A stretch of DNA of 64,000 bases, taken from assembly GCA_051531995.1 (NCBI GenBank), contig JAOPTU010000012.1, forward strand, positions 28,430 to 92,429, read 5' to 3'. Within the stretch, counting starts at the first letter, position 1, and each line of letters starts with the position of its first letter. Below the pieces are notes generated by a model, which was not told the DNA's origin, did not search any database, and was given only the letters and a program-made list of their open reading frames with translations. Both the position numbers and the translations under genes were made by a program. The stretch comes from Desulfotalea sp. GTDB lineage: Bacteria > Desulfobacterota > Desulfobulbia > Desulfobulbales > Desulfocapsaceae. Positions 41,308 to 50,570 of the stretch are shown here, piece by piece.

Positions 41308-43146
41308 ATGAAATTCCTAGATAGCGACGATCTTTTAGATTTATTAGTGACAGAAAAGATATTAAACGACCAACAGAAAGAACATATTTCCCTTAACAAA
41401 GGGAAAATGCGTAATAAAATTTTACGTTCTATCCCTAAGGAAGATCGTAAAAGTAAAAATATCGCTGACTTAGTCGACATTATAGCAGCTTATAATTTTA
41501 AATGTTTTTCTAATAAAGACATAAATGTTGATGAAGATTTAATAACTAAAGCGGTTGCCAAATCTAAGGGGTTAAAGTTTCAAAGATTAGATCCACTTAA
41601 TATTGATATGTCGGTGGCAACCAAACTCGTACCTAGGAATTTTGCAGAAATCCATCTAATTATCCCTATTTTGCAAGAAGGCGAGCATGTAACCTTTGCC
41701 TCTTATCACCCAGATTGTGCAAATGTTCTACGTGATATTGAACAAGCTAATCAAGTGAAATGCTCTTTTTGCTTATCTACAAAGAGTGATATTAAAAGAA
41801 TAATAGAAGAGTTTTTTGGCTTTCAAAAATCTATTACAGCCGCTGAAAGTCAGTTCGGTGATAGTTCAGATAATCCAGCACTGGATATTGGTAATCTAGA
41901 ACGATTTGTAAAACTATCTTCCACCAAAGAAATTGCGTCATCAGACCAACATATTAAAGGTGCTGTAAACCATATTTTCCAATACGCTTTAGACCAGCGA
42001 GCTAGTGATATCCACATAGAACCTAAAAGAGAGCAAAGCCTAGTTCGTTTCCGTATAGACGGTGCTCTTCATACTATTTACAACCTACCAAAAGCTGTTC
42101 ATTCTGCTCTGATATCGCGAATTAAATTTTTGGCAAGACTTGATATAGCAGAAAAAAGAAGGCCCCAGGATGGCCGTATTAAGCTTGGTGCTAAAAACAA
42201 CAATGAAGTAGAAGTTCGTGTTTCAACAGTGCCTGTATCTTTTGGGGAAAAGGTTGTTCTGCGTATTTTAGATCCAGGCCAAATATTTCAAAGTATGATG
42301 GAACTGGGTTTTAGTAAACGAGATTTAAGTGTTTATCAAAGCCTGATTAATGCTCCTCATGGTATAGTTTTGGTTACTGGGCCAACTGGTAGTGGTAAGT
42401 CAACAACCCTTTATTCAACACTCCGAGAAATTTCTACACCAGATAAAAATATCATTACCGTAGAAGATCCTGTGGAAATGGTGCATGAAGATTTTAATCA
42501 AATATCTGTGCAACCCCATATAGATGTTACTTTTTCCACAATTTTGAGAAATATCCTTCGACAAGATCCAGATATTATCATGATTGGTGAGATTAGAGAT
42601 AAGGAAACAGCAGCCCATGCGGTGCAGGCGGCAATGACAGGTCATCTTGTTTTTTCGACCTTGCACACAAATGATGCGATTAGTGCTATTTCCAGATTAG
42701 TTGATCTAGGACTAGAACCTTTCATGCTATCATCAACACTACTTGGTTGTATGGCTCAACGTTTGGTTAAAACTATTTGTCCAAACTGTAAAGAGCAGTA
42801 TAAAATAGGATCTGAAGAGCTGAGATCAATGGGTTTTAATGTTGAAGGTGATGAGGATCTTGCTTTATCTAGGGGAAAAGGTTGCAAGGAGTGTCGAGGA
42901 ACAGGTTATAAGGGGAGATGTGGTATTTTCGAAATATTTCCAGTTACTGGTGGGTTGAAGAAACTAATTGGTATTTCAAATCAAGCCACAGCGATTGAAC
43001 ATCTTGCAATTCGTGAGGGAATGAGTACCTTACGTGAAGATGCATGGAAAAAGGTGGTTGCAGGAATAACCACTTGTGAAGAGGTATTGCGAGTAACATC
43101 CGATGATAGTTTTGTTTTCGGAGATTCAGTTTCTGCTGATATGTAG
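41308..43146 (+). CDS. GspE/PilB-family type II/IV secretion ATPase (orphan)
   Basis: 612 aa. Walker A GPTGSGKST, Asp box, Walker B IIMIGEIRD, His box, tetracysteine CPNC...CKEC. Confidence 0.85.
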   Translation: MKFLDSDDLLDLLVTEKILNDQQKEHISLNKGKMRNKILRSIPKEDRKSKNIADLVDIIAAYNFKCFSNKDINVDEDLITKAVAKSKGLKFQRLDPLNIDMSVATKLVPRNFAEIHLIIPILQEGEHVTFASYHPDCANVLRDIEQANQVKCSFCLSTKSDIKRIIEEFFGFQKSITAAESQFGDSSDNPALDIGNLERFVKLSSTKEIASSDQHIKGAVNHIFQYALDQRASDIHIEPKREQSLVRFRIDGALHTIYNLPKAVHSALISRIKFLARLDIAEKRRPQDGRIKLGAKNNNEVEVRVSTVPVSFGEKVVLRILDPGQIFQSMMELGFSKRDLSVYQSLINAPHGIVLVTGPTGSGKSTTLYSTLREISTPDKNIITVEDPVEMVHEDFNQISVQPHIDVTFSTILRNILRQDPDIIMIGEIRDKETAAHAVQAAMTGHLVFSTLHTNDAISAISRLVDLGLEPFMLSSTLLGCMAQRLVKTICPNCKEQYKIGSEELRSMGFNVEGDEDLALSRGKGCKECRGTGYKGRCGIFEIFPVTGGLKKLIGISNQATAIEHLAIREGMSTLREDAWKKVVAGITTCEEVLRVTSDDSFVFGDSVSADM

Positions 43147-43174
43147 AATAGTAAGTTGTTGAGAAGAGAGAGTT

Positions 43175-43630
43175 ATGGGTATTAAAATAGTTTGTAAAAA
43201 TAAAAAAGCGTATCACAATTATTCAATATTGGATACTTACGAGGCTGGCATGGTTTTGTCTGGTCCCGAGGTAAAGTCTCTTCGTGGTGGGCGTGGTAAT
43301 ATCACCGATGGCCATGTAGCAATTAATCAGCGTGGTGAGGCAATGTTGTATAATGTTCATATTGCCCATTATCTTTTTGCTACTCAAAACCCAAATGAGC
43401 CTTTAAGAGTACGTAAACTTCTTCTACATAAAAGAGAGCTACGTAAACTAATTAGTAAATTAAACGAAAAAGGACTTGCCCTCATCCCACTGAAGATATA
43501 CTTTATTGAAAATGGCAAAGCAAAAATTGAACTGGGTCTTGCAAAAGGTAAGAGACAGTATGATAAGCGGGCTACTTTGAAAGAGCAGCAAAGTAACCGT
43601 GACCTTGCGCGGGTTATGCGTAAGGGATAA
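43175..43630 (+). CDS. smpB: SsrA-binding protein
   Basis: 151 aa. KNKKAYHNY...[15 protein letters not shown]. Confidence 0.95.
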   Translation: MGIKIVCKNKKAYHNYSILDTYEAGMVLSGPEVKSLRGGRGNITDGHVAINQRGEAMLYNVHIAHYLFATQNPNEPLRVRKLLLHKRELRKLISKLNEKGLALIPLKIYFIENGKAKIELGLAKGKRQYDKRATLKEQQSNRDLARVMRKG

Positions 43631-43637
43631 ATCCTAC

Positions 43638-44005
43638 GGGGGCGAAACGGCTTCGACGGGGATGTGTAAGCTCTACGTTGCATGTCGAGCAACTGTCAGC
43701 TCGTAAAAAAGACGGAAAAAAATATAATCGCAGACGATTATAACTACGCAGTAGCAGCTTAATAACCTGTAATACTGCCGCTTCGCCAGTCACTCTCCCA
43801 TAGGGGCTGGATTTGAGGCGTCGACTAAAATGGGATAGCTAATCAGCGGTGTTCTGGTCACTGAGGTGCGAAATTATACAGAATAGTCTATCACTGTCTA
43901 TGTTCCGACGGAAGGTGCTAGGCGAAATTTAAGTACGGAACTAAACATGTAGATACGAGAGGGGAGCATTTGCGGACGCGGGTTCGACTCCCGCCGCCTC
44001 CACCA
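43638..44005 (+). ncRNA. ssrA: tmRNA
   Basis: 5' GGGGGCG pairs with 3' CGCCTCC-ACCA, including G3:U. GGTTCGACTCCCGCC T-arm. Tag ORF at 43730-43765 reads GCA GAC GAT TAT AAC TAC GCA GTA GCA GCT TAA TAA = ADDYNYAVAA. Confidence 0.95.
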
Positions 44006-44050
44006 AGAAACAACGTAACAACAGTAGTTTAGCACAGAAAAAGAAGGGCA

Positions 44051-44088
44051 GGGGGTTGATCACATGTTGATCAACCCCCTTTTTTTTT
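44051..44088 (+). terminator. intrinsic terminator after ssrA
   Basis: GGGGGTTGATCA-catg-TTGATCAACCCCC hairpin followed by 9 T. Confidence 0.8.
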
Positions 44089-44239
44089 GGGTAACAGTTT
44101 TAATCTTATTCTTGATTAGGCTTTTATTGGATTTACAACACTGACTGATTAGTCTAGCTTGCTAGGCATTTTGTTTATTATAGCTTTCATTAATAATTAC
44201 TCGCACATAGTGTGCTTTTTTATTTTTTGGGAGAGTGAT

Positions 44240-44485
44240 ATGACTAAATCAGTGTCGTTTATCGTAGAGCCAGAAGAAGCCGTAAAATTAGAGAACATTG
44301 ATCATCTTGAACTGTTGCAGGTTTTAAATAGCAGAAGTATGGGCATGGTTGGACTTATTAGACAGGCGGCCGCTAATAACTGTGATCTTTCTCCATCTTA
44401 TTTAAGTTCTTGTATGGAGCAAATAGAAGGGAATTTGATTTTGCTAGAAAGAATTACTCTCGATGCTTTTTCTTGTTTAAGGTAG
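44240..44485 (+). CDS. hypothetical protein (81 aa) between attL and int
   Basis: ATG with GGGAGAG upstream; the track ORF begins at an earlier TTG. No family recognised. Confidence 0.4.
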   Translation: MTKSVSFIVEPEEAVKLENIDHLELLQVLNSRSMGMVGLIRQAAANNCDLSPSYLSSCMEQIEGNLILLERITLDAFSCLR

Positions 44486-44494
44486 GGAAATAAT

Positions 44495-44530
44495 AAAACT
44501 GGCTAACTATGTTTCTAGTTAGCCAGTTTT
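44495..44530. terminator. bidirectional terminator between convergent genes
   Basis: Perfect 15-bp inverted repeat AAAACTGGCTAACTA / TAGTTAGCCAGTTTT with a 6-nt loop. Confidence 0.65.
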
Positions 44531-44531
44531 A

Positions 44532-45797
44532 TTATTTTTTATTAACTTTCTTAAAATCTATAACTTCACAACGTGATTTCTTTTGCATGCTAACTACCGC
44601 TCTTGTTGCTGCTATCTTCTCTTTATGATCAGGTAAAAAATATCTTTCAAAAGCTTTGCTGGTGTGCCCGGTGACGTTGGCCTTTATTTGTTCGGGGGTC
44701 ATGCTTTTACCCAGGGCCGTGACCGTACTATGTTTAGTTCCCGCATATAGGGCCACATCTTCAATACCAATTTTTTTTGCGGCTCTCTTCCACCAAACGT
44801 TTAAATACTTGGGACCAAATCTAGAATTAGCCTTAACCCCTTTTAGTGGTTTTATATGCCTAAAGAAAAACAAGCTGGGCATTGCTGGTGCCGCTTTCAT
44901 CTCTTCTTTGAAAAGTTCGCCATGTTCTGGTAATAGATGAATAAATTTAGGTTCTTTTTCTTTAGGCTTTGGGAAAACAATCCACATTTCATTAAGATTT
45001 ATATCTTGTTCCCGCACATTCAATAATTCACTCGGCCTTACCCTTGGATATAAAGAAAGAATTGTAATGCCCAACCAGATTCGAGGGTTTTTTTCGTAAG
45101 ATATTCTTTTTACTTCATCGATTATTAGTTGTTGGTCTTCAATTGATAATATCTTTTTCATGGCCAAGGTGAAATTGACTGCAGGGAAAATAGGCATTTC
45201 AAGCCCAGACTTTCTTTTCTCCCGCCTTACAATCCACGTCCAAAAATCATGTAGAACCGTTTTCCAGTTAAATAATGTTTTATTGCTTATGCCATGGTCG
45301 GCACAGAAAAAATCTTCTATTTCTCCTTCAGCAATTTCTTGTATCAACATCAAATCCCAACCCTTGCCAGCAATTTCTAAAACGTGGTCAATGTGCCTCA
45401 CCTGTTTTGGCGTTATGTCAGTATTTCTTTTTCTCTCTACAAATTTTTTTCTAAGTGATCCGAAAGAAAGAGGTTGTTCTTTGGCCCACTGGCGTTGATC
45501 AAACTTGCCTTTATCCGATTGCACACGTAAATACGTTAGGTGTCTTTCAGCCTCCACCACTGTTGCAAAACGTTTTGTATGATGTCTACCAAAGCGCACC
45601 ATTGAACGGCCACGCCATTCAACATTTGGATGGCGTGGGCAAGAATGAAAACCTCGTCCCTCAACATATTTTAGTGATTCACCGCAAATATGGCACTTCT
45701 GCGAAACGTAAATACTGCCGTGCATGCAAAACCCTCCCATGGGAACAATAGCGTTCTTGTAGGTCTTGCTATTGGTATGGAAGTGGTTTTTTGTCAA
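44532..45797 (-). CDS. int: tyrosine-recombinase phage integrase
   Basis: 421 aa (TTG start in the track; internal ATGs are possible). C-terminal catalytic region YPRVRPSEL, TKHSTVTAL, GHTSKAFERY. N-terminal Cys/His cluster CHICG...CPRHP. Confidence 0.8.
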   Translation of the reverse strand: MTKNHFHTNSKTYKNAIVPMGGFCMHGSIYVSQKCHICGESLKYVEGRGFHSCPRHPNVEWRGRSMVRFGRHHTKRFATVVEAERHLTYLRVQSDKGKFDQRQWAKEQPLSFGSLRKKFVERKRNTDITPKQVRHIDHVLEIAGKGWDLMLIQEIAEGEIEDFFCADHGISNKTLFNWKTVLHDFWTWIVRREKRKSGLEMPIFPAVNFTLAMKKILSIEDQQLIIDEVKRISYEKNPRIWLGITILSLYPRVRPSELLNVREQDINLNEMWIVFPKPKEKEPKFIHLLPEHGELFKEEMKAAPAMPSLFFFRHIKPLKGVKANSRFGPKYLNVWWKRAAKKIGIEDVALYAGTKHSTVTALGKSMTPEQIKANVTGHTSKAFERYFLPDHKEKIAATRAVVSMQKKSRCEVIDFKKVNKK

Positions 45798-45926
45798 CGT
45801 TAATTCTCTGTGAAGATTCGTGTTCGTGATCGGTTAACTAAGTGGTTTTATCTGGAGCATGGTTTAAAATTGATACGGTAATAAACAGAGTCCTAGCCAT
45901 CATAAGGACATAGGCCAGCTCTCCTT

Positions 45927-46187
45927 TTAAAAAAGATTATATTGACGATGTGTTAATGGTAGGCACAAAAAATCTTTTCCGGCTTTTCTTATGGCTTGAT
46001 GTCCTGTAAATGCAAACGTGATTTGCTTCCCCTTTTCGCCAATTTTAGAAATGCTTAGTTGTTGGGGCGGGTTATCTTTTAAAAGGCTGGTAATAGTTCT
46101 ATCAGCCGGAATGGTTAGAGTTTTGAGGTTACCTTCATCAATTTCTTTATATATGGTGCTACTCACTTTTATTGGATGGATTGTCAT
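45927..46187 (-). CDS. hypothetical small protein
   Basis: 86-aa ORF between the primase-helicase and int genes. Possibly ASCH/PUA-like, but this is not supported beyond a vague resemblance. Confidence 0.35.
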   Translation of the reverse strand: MTIHPIKVSSTIYKEIDEGNLKTLTIPADRTITSLLKDNPPQQLSISKIGEKGKQITFAFTGHQAIRKAGKDFLCLPLTHRQYNLF

Positions 46188-46205
46188 AGTTTTTTCTCCA
46201 AAACT

Positions 46206-48845
46206 CTATTTTTTAAATATCCAGCAACGAACACTTTTTTTAATGCTCTTACTGGTCATAACTCGGTTAATAGCTTCTAGTTTGTAACGCTTGCTGCCCT
46301 TGAGCATCGCTTTCAGTTGGGTGCTATCCAATACCTCTTGCCCCCAATGCAAACAACGCTCTCGAAAATGGTTAAGATTAATGGCGTAAATGCTCTCGTC
46401 CTCTCCGGCGTGGTTTAGTGAGGTTTTGGAATCAGTATTCCTTGAGCTTATGTAAAAGAAAGTTTCCCAAAATTTCTCGACTATCGGGTGATCGGCGGCA
46501 ATGCGTTCCTCGCGCAAAGTGGCCCGGCTCTCGATATAAGCCACAAAATCGGCCAGCATTTGTTCGCTGAAACTAGGAAAAATCATTCCTAAGCAGTTCC
46601 CCATGGCGGCAATTTGGGCATGGGTTTGGACAATACGAATATTGCTTACATTTTTAAGGCCAGCAAAACGGGTTTCGTATTGTTGATATGCCTTGAAATA
46701 TCGATCTAGTAATTGTCTTTCACGGGACAAAACCGAATCAAGAAAGCCACCAACACTAGCGGTAGTCTGTAGCTCAAACCACTTGGCCAATTCCCTAGAA
46801 CCTTGTTTATGATGTTTTTTGTCCATGTGAACGTGAACAATTCGAGAAAGAAGTGCCTCGGAACCATCAACCTCCGCATTTTGACTAAAAGCCAAAGCCC
46901 CACGAAAAGGGCTTTCCCTTGTTTCATTTCCTTTAGTCGCCACACCAATTACGCCAGTGTTTCGACCATTATAAAAATCTTTGAATTCATCAAAATTAAA
47001 CTGTTTACCCTTTGGCCCATCGTCACCAGTTCCACGGTCAGATTCAACAATAACGGCAGGCATATTGGCGGTTTGAGAAAAGAAACGTCTACGCCCTGCA
47101 GCGGATGTTTTTTGCACATCAATGCCCTCGGTATCATCACGGCCAAGAAGCTTCCAACAAAATTCAAGAGCGGTGGTCTTTCCCGATCCCGGCTCACCTG
47201 TAAATTCTAAAAAGGTTAGCCCTTTCTGTTTTGCTCGTATCTGCTGTGCGAAAAGTGATCCAAGATAAAAAGCCATCACGGCCACACCTTGGTGATGGAA
47301 TGCTTGAAAATATTTATTGAAAAAATCGGGGGCGGCTTCACCGTTGGTGGATATATTTATCCCGGCTAGATTGCTTTTTACTCCCTGGTCCTTTAGTGGA
47401 AAATAACCGTGCGGGTTTAGATCAATCTTTTTTCCTGCTTGCCATGCATTGTCTGGGAAAATGTAGGCTTTATTGTCGGGGCAGTATCCCACAAAATTAA
47501 TGGATTGAACCTCAAGCATTTTGCCATCTAGCCAACGTCTGACCAGTATGTCAAAGTCTTCATTGCTACCAGAAAAACGGGCACCATTTGTTTTATTGAG
47601 TAGTGCCGTTTTAAAGTTTTTAGAAGAAGAAAGAGCGGTGCCATCAAGGGCTATTAGTTTTTCTTTAGTGCCATTTTGGTAAACTATTTTAAAAACATAA
47701 AGTTGCTCGTCTAATACTTCGTCTTTCTCCATATATAAAAAAGTGGGTAAAACATTACAGATTTGAAAAGCAGAAGAATGGTTCCTGAAATAATCAAAAA
47801 CCTCTGTGTTCCTGTCCTTGTCGGTAACGGTTAAACCAACTTGTTCCAACGCATCGGCAAAACTTTTTTTGATCTTCACCGCATAAATTGCCTTGTTAAA
47901 ATCAACAAGTAAACTTGAAAGGCTAGGGCGTTTAAGTAGCATGATAAAAGCTTTTTCTTCCACGCTCTTGGCCATAAAAAGTTGGCCACGGTGAAAGCTG
48001 TTATCAATTAAGGAATCGTTCAACCATCCTTCTTTCCAATAATCATCCCAGTCTTTGCCGTTGTCCGGAAGCAAACAAACAGCCACCTTTTCACCCATCT
48101 TTTCGATAAGGTCGGCATGTTTTTGCATATACTTACGACCAGCTTTGTCGCCATCGTAGGCAAGCACCCATGTAATATCTTTGCCGACATGTTTTTTTAT
48201 AAAATTAATGGCGAAATTAGAACTACCTATGGCTGCAACTGCATTTTTTTTGCCATGAATTAGAGCTAAAGCGTGAAAAATTCCCTCAGTAATGAATATT
48301 TCTCCATCTTTCGCCACTTTTAGGTTAGGCGGTTGCCACACATCTCCTTTGTAAATAGATTTATCATCTTTCCTTTTGCCGCCTATATTTGCTTTTTGGC
48401 CATCTTCCTTTGTTTCGCCTATTAGCCTTTCCCAAAAACGTGTCTTTTCAGCATCCAAATAAAAACGAATAGTGGAAACCGCCTTGCCACTTTTTAACTT
48501 ATAATTTTCTTGGCTATAAAAAGGCCGACAAACGACCATCTTAAAACCACGATCCTCTTTTAAATAAGCATCGGCGGTGGCCTTTGGGTTTGTTGGTGTT
48601 GCCGGGTGTCTCTTTTCCCAATTTTCAAAAAGGTGGGGTAGTAGCTCTTTAGCGGTAAAGCTCATGCCACATTTGTTTTCTCTACTGCAGGCGATTCGGA
48701 ACGGTTTTGACATACTGGTATAAAGTTCTTTTTTTCCGCAGTTGGGGCATTTACCATAACGCAAAAAACCGCCTACCTGCTTAAAAGAAAACCTACTATC
48801 ACCAGCAAGGGCCGTGGCAATCTCGCCGGCTCGATTATCTGACAT
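46206..48845 (-). CDS. phage primase-helicase (zinc finger + TOPRIM + P-loop NTPase)
   Basis: Start set at ATG 48845 (MSDNRAGE). CPNCGKKE zinc finger. TOPRIM-like IFITEGIFHA and YDGDKAG. Walker A GEPGSGKTT. Confidence 0.8.
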   Translation of the reverse strand: MSDNRAGEIATALAGDSRFSFKQVGGFLRYGKCPNCGKKELYTSMSKPFRIACSRENKCGMSFTAKELLPHLFENWEKRHPATPTNPKATADAYLKEDRGFKMVVCRPFYSQENYKLKSGKAVSTIRFYLDAEKTRFWERLIGETKEDGQKANIGGKRKDDKSIYKGDVWQPPNLKVAKDGEIFITEGIFHALALIHGKKNAVAAIGSSNFAINFIKKHVGKDITWVLAYDGDKAGRKYMQKHADLIEKMGEKVAVCLLPDNGKDWDDYWKEGWLNDSLIDNSFHRGQLFMAKSVEEKAFIMLLKRPSLSSLLVDFNKAIYAVKIKKSFADALEQVGLTVTDKDRNTEVFDYFRNHSSAFQICNVLPTFLYMEKDEVLDEQLYVFKIVYQNGTKEKLIALDGTALSSSKNFKTALLNKTNGARFSGSNEDFDILVRRWLDGKMLEVQSINFVGYCPDNKAYIFPDNAWQAGKKIDLNPHGYFPLKDQGVKSNLAGINISTNGEAAPDFFNKYFQAFHHQGVAVMAFYLGSLFAQQIRAKQKGLTFLEFTGEPGSGKTTALEFCWKLLGRDDTEGIDVQKTSAAGRRRFFSQTANMPAVIVESDRGTGDDGPKGKQFNFDEFKDFYNGRNTGVIGVATKGNETRESPFRGALAFSQNAEVDGSEALLSRIVHVHMDKKHHKQGSRELAKWFELQTTASVGGFLDSVLSRERQLLDRYFKAYQQYETRFAGLKNVSNIRIVQTHAQIAAMGNCLGMIFPSFSEQMLADFVAYIESRATLREERIAADHPIVEKFWETFFYISSRNTDSKTSLNHAGEDESIYAINLNHFRERCLHWGQEVLDSTQLKAMLKGSKRYKLEAINRVMTSKSIKKSVRCWIFKK

Positions 48846-49071
48846 GTTCGCCACCCTCCAACGATTGTTGAACATCCGCCAAATCCGCTTTGACTAGCTC
48901 AAAACTTTTGTGCCCTTGTGCGTTTTTGACATCGGCAAAATGTAGTTGTAATGCTTCGACTAAAATTATTGTGCTGTCCAAGGTTCTGGCTAAACGAATA
49001 ATTGTGGCAGGTGGGTAACATTGCTTTTCTGATGTGGTGCCGGTTGTCTCACTCATTATGGCCTCCATCAA
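48835..49071 (-). CDS. hypothetical protein
   Basis: 78-aa ORF, translationally coupled between the regulator and primase genes. Confidence 0.4.
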   Translation of the reverse strand: MMEAIMSETTGTTSEKQCYPPATIIRLARTLDSTIILVEALQLHFADVKNAQGHKSFELVKADLADVQQSLEGGEHVR

Positions 49072-49525
49072 TCTGGGCCTTAATGGTCACATAAGCAGAA
49101 CCAATGGTTTGAAGTGCTTCGAGGCATTCTCTCTCACAGTCAATAAGCTCTTTCTTTGTTAGTTTCCCGTCCGCTATTGCGCTGGCAAGGGCAGAGGTTG
49201 CCTCGGCACCTTCCTTGGCCATAGAAGCGCAAATAAGAAGCCAATCCCGCAGGTCTTCTTTTGGTTCTGGTAGGGGAAGACAAATTTTATTGAAGTCTGC
49301 ACAAAGATTTTCAAGGCTGGTTGTATCGCCGGTGATTTCAATAATTTTTATATAATCAAGAAAACCAAGCTTATTAGTACGTCGACCAATTGACTTAGGG
49401 TCAATATCCGCATAAAGGGTGCCGGTTGCTATTCCTAGCTCGTCGGCAAGAGCTTTGACCCCGTAATTCTTTACGGTATCTTGTATCAGTTTTAATGCTT
49501 TTATTTGTCTTGGTGTGTTCAACAT
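49049..49525 (-). CDS. phage HTH regulatory protein (CII/CP76-like by size and position)
   Basis: 158 aa. HTH-like ALADELGIATGTLYADI. Second gene of the early leftward operon. Confidence 0.4.
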   Translation of the reverse strand: MLNTPRQIKALKLIQDTVKNYGVKALADELGIATGTLYADIDPKSIGRRTNKLGFLDYIKIIEITGDTTSLENLCADFNKICLPLPEPKEDLRDWLLICASMAKEGAEATSALASAIADGKLTKKELIDCERECLEALQTIGSAYVTIKAQIDGGHNE

Positions 49526-49656
49526 GATTCATGCTCCTTTTTTGTCGTATAAAACATTGTGGAAAGGTGCTTTAATTACACTGCGAAAAACTAGGTTAAC
49601 AAAATTAGGCGTTGTAGAAGCGGTTATAAACAGTTGTAACCGTTACATTTGTGCTT

Positions 49657-49890
49657 TTATTTTAATTTCGGCCCTGTACGCAATTTAGTGCCTTCACTGT
49701 TAGCCCATATTTCTTTTATAGGAGTTCGAATGATGTCGGATATCGCTATCCTTATTTTGGTGCTCGTCGTTTGCCCTTTTATGACAAGATGCACTGTCGG
49801 TGCGCTGACCTTGCATAATCTAGCGACATCTGCCTGGTTGTATCCTTTGTCTTCAAGTGCTCTTTTTATTTCGGTAAATTTCATAGTCAT
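49657..49890 (-). CDS. Ner/Cro-like DNA-binding protein
   Basis: 77 aa. YNQADVARLCKVSAPTVHLVIKG HTH and a trailing IKEIW motif resembling the Mu Ner/Nlp family. Divergent from the repressor-like gene. Confidence 0.6.
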   Translation of the reverse strand: MTMKFTEIKRALEDKGYNQADVARLCKVSAPTVHLVIKGQTTSTKIRIAISDIIRTPIKEIWANSEGTKLRTGPKLK

Positions 49891-49925
49891 TGCGATCTCT
49901 CCTCATTATTATTAGGTTAAAAGCG

Positions 49926-49945
49926 TAGGCTAATTGGGTAGCCTA
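49926..49945. promoter_or_regulatory. candidate operator palindrome in the immunity switch
   Basis: TAGGCTA-attggg-TAGCCTA, perfect 7-bp arms, in the 104-bp divergent intergenic region. Confidence 0.3.
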
Positions 49946-49994
49946 AAGACTAAAGTACCAGATTCGGAACACAACACAAGGGTTAATTTCAGAT

Positions 49995-50414
49995 ATGGAA
50001 CAATTCTCTCCTGAGGATCTTCGCCTAAAATTTATTGAGCTACTAGATTCTAAACGTGGAACTCAAGCGAAATTGGCCAAGTCTATAGGTAAAAAAGCTA
50101 GTTTTTTCACTCACATAAGAGACGGACATGCTGTGAACGCAATGCACCTTAAGGCTGTGGGAATTGTTTTTGGTGGGGGTACTGTTTTAAATTTATTGGA
50201 TGTGCAAAATAATTCCGAATCTGAAACAAAACTTGATCCTATAAATGTTTGCCTCGCAGAAATAAAAACAAACAATCCTAAGATTTACGAGAAAGTAGAG
50301 ACATATATTGCAGGTGCTTACGATGCAGCCAAGGCCATGGATTCTGAAGCTTGGAAGGTTTTTAGCTCGAAGAAAGTCGTACAGGAAACCGAGGCCGACG
50401 GTACGAACGGTTAG
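49995..50414 (+). CDS. cI-like HTH repressor candidate (no S24 peptidase domain)
   Basis: 139 aa. HTH GTQAKLAKSIGKKASFFTHIRDG. Divergent from the Ner/Cro-like gene. Confidence 0.5.
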   Translation: MEQFSPEDLRLKFIELLDSKRGTQAKLAKSIGKKASFFTHIRDGHAVNAMHLKAVGIVFGGGTVLNLLDVQNNSESETKLDPINVCLAEIKTNNPKIYEKVETYIAGAYDAAKAMDSEAWKVFSSKKVVQETEADGTNG

Positions 50415-50570
50415 GCACTGATTCTATTTACCATCATATCCTTGCATGTGTCTATCTATTAGATATAACTGGAAATATTGTTGAGAAAACAGGAAGGAAA
50501 GATATAAGCCTTAGAGCGATTAAATCGCATGGTGGGTTTATTTTAATATTAAACTAGTGGAGATTTACAA

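Noticed and set aside
49649-49915. 88-aa plus-strand ORF
   Set aside because: It is the mirror ORF of the Ner/Cro-like gene. The minus-strand product has a clear HTH and this one has none.
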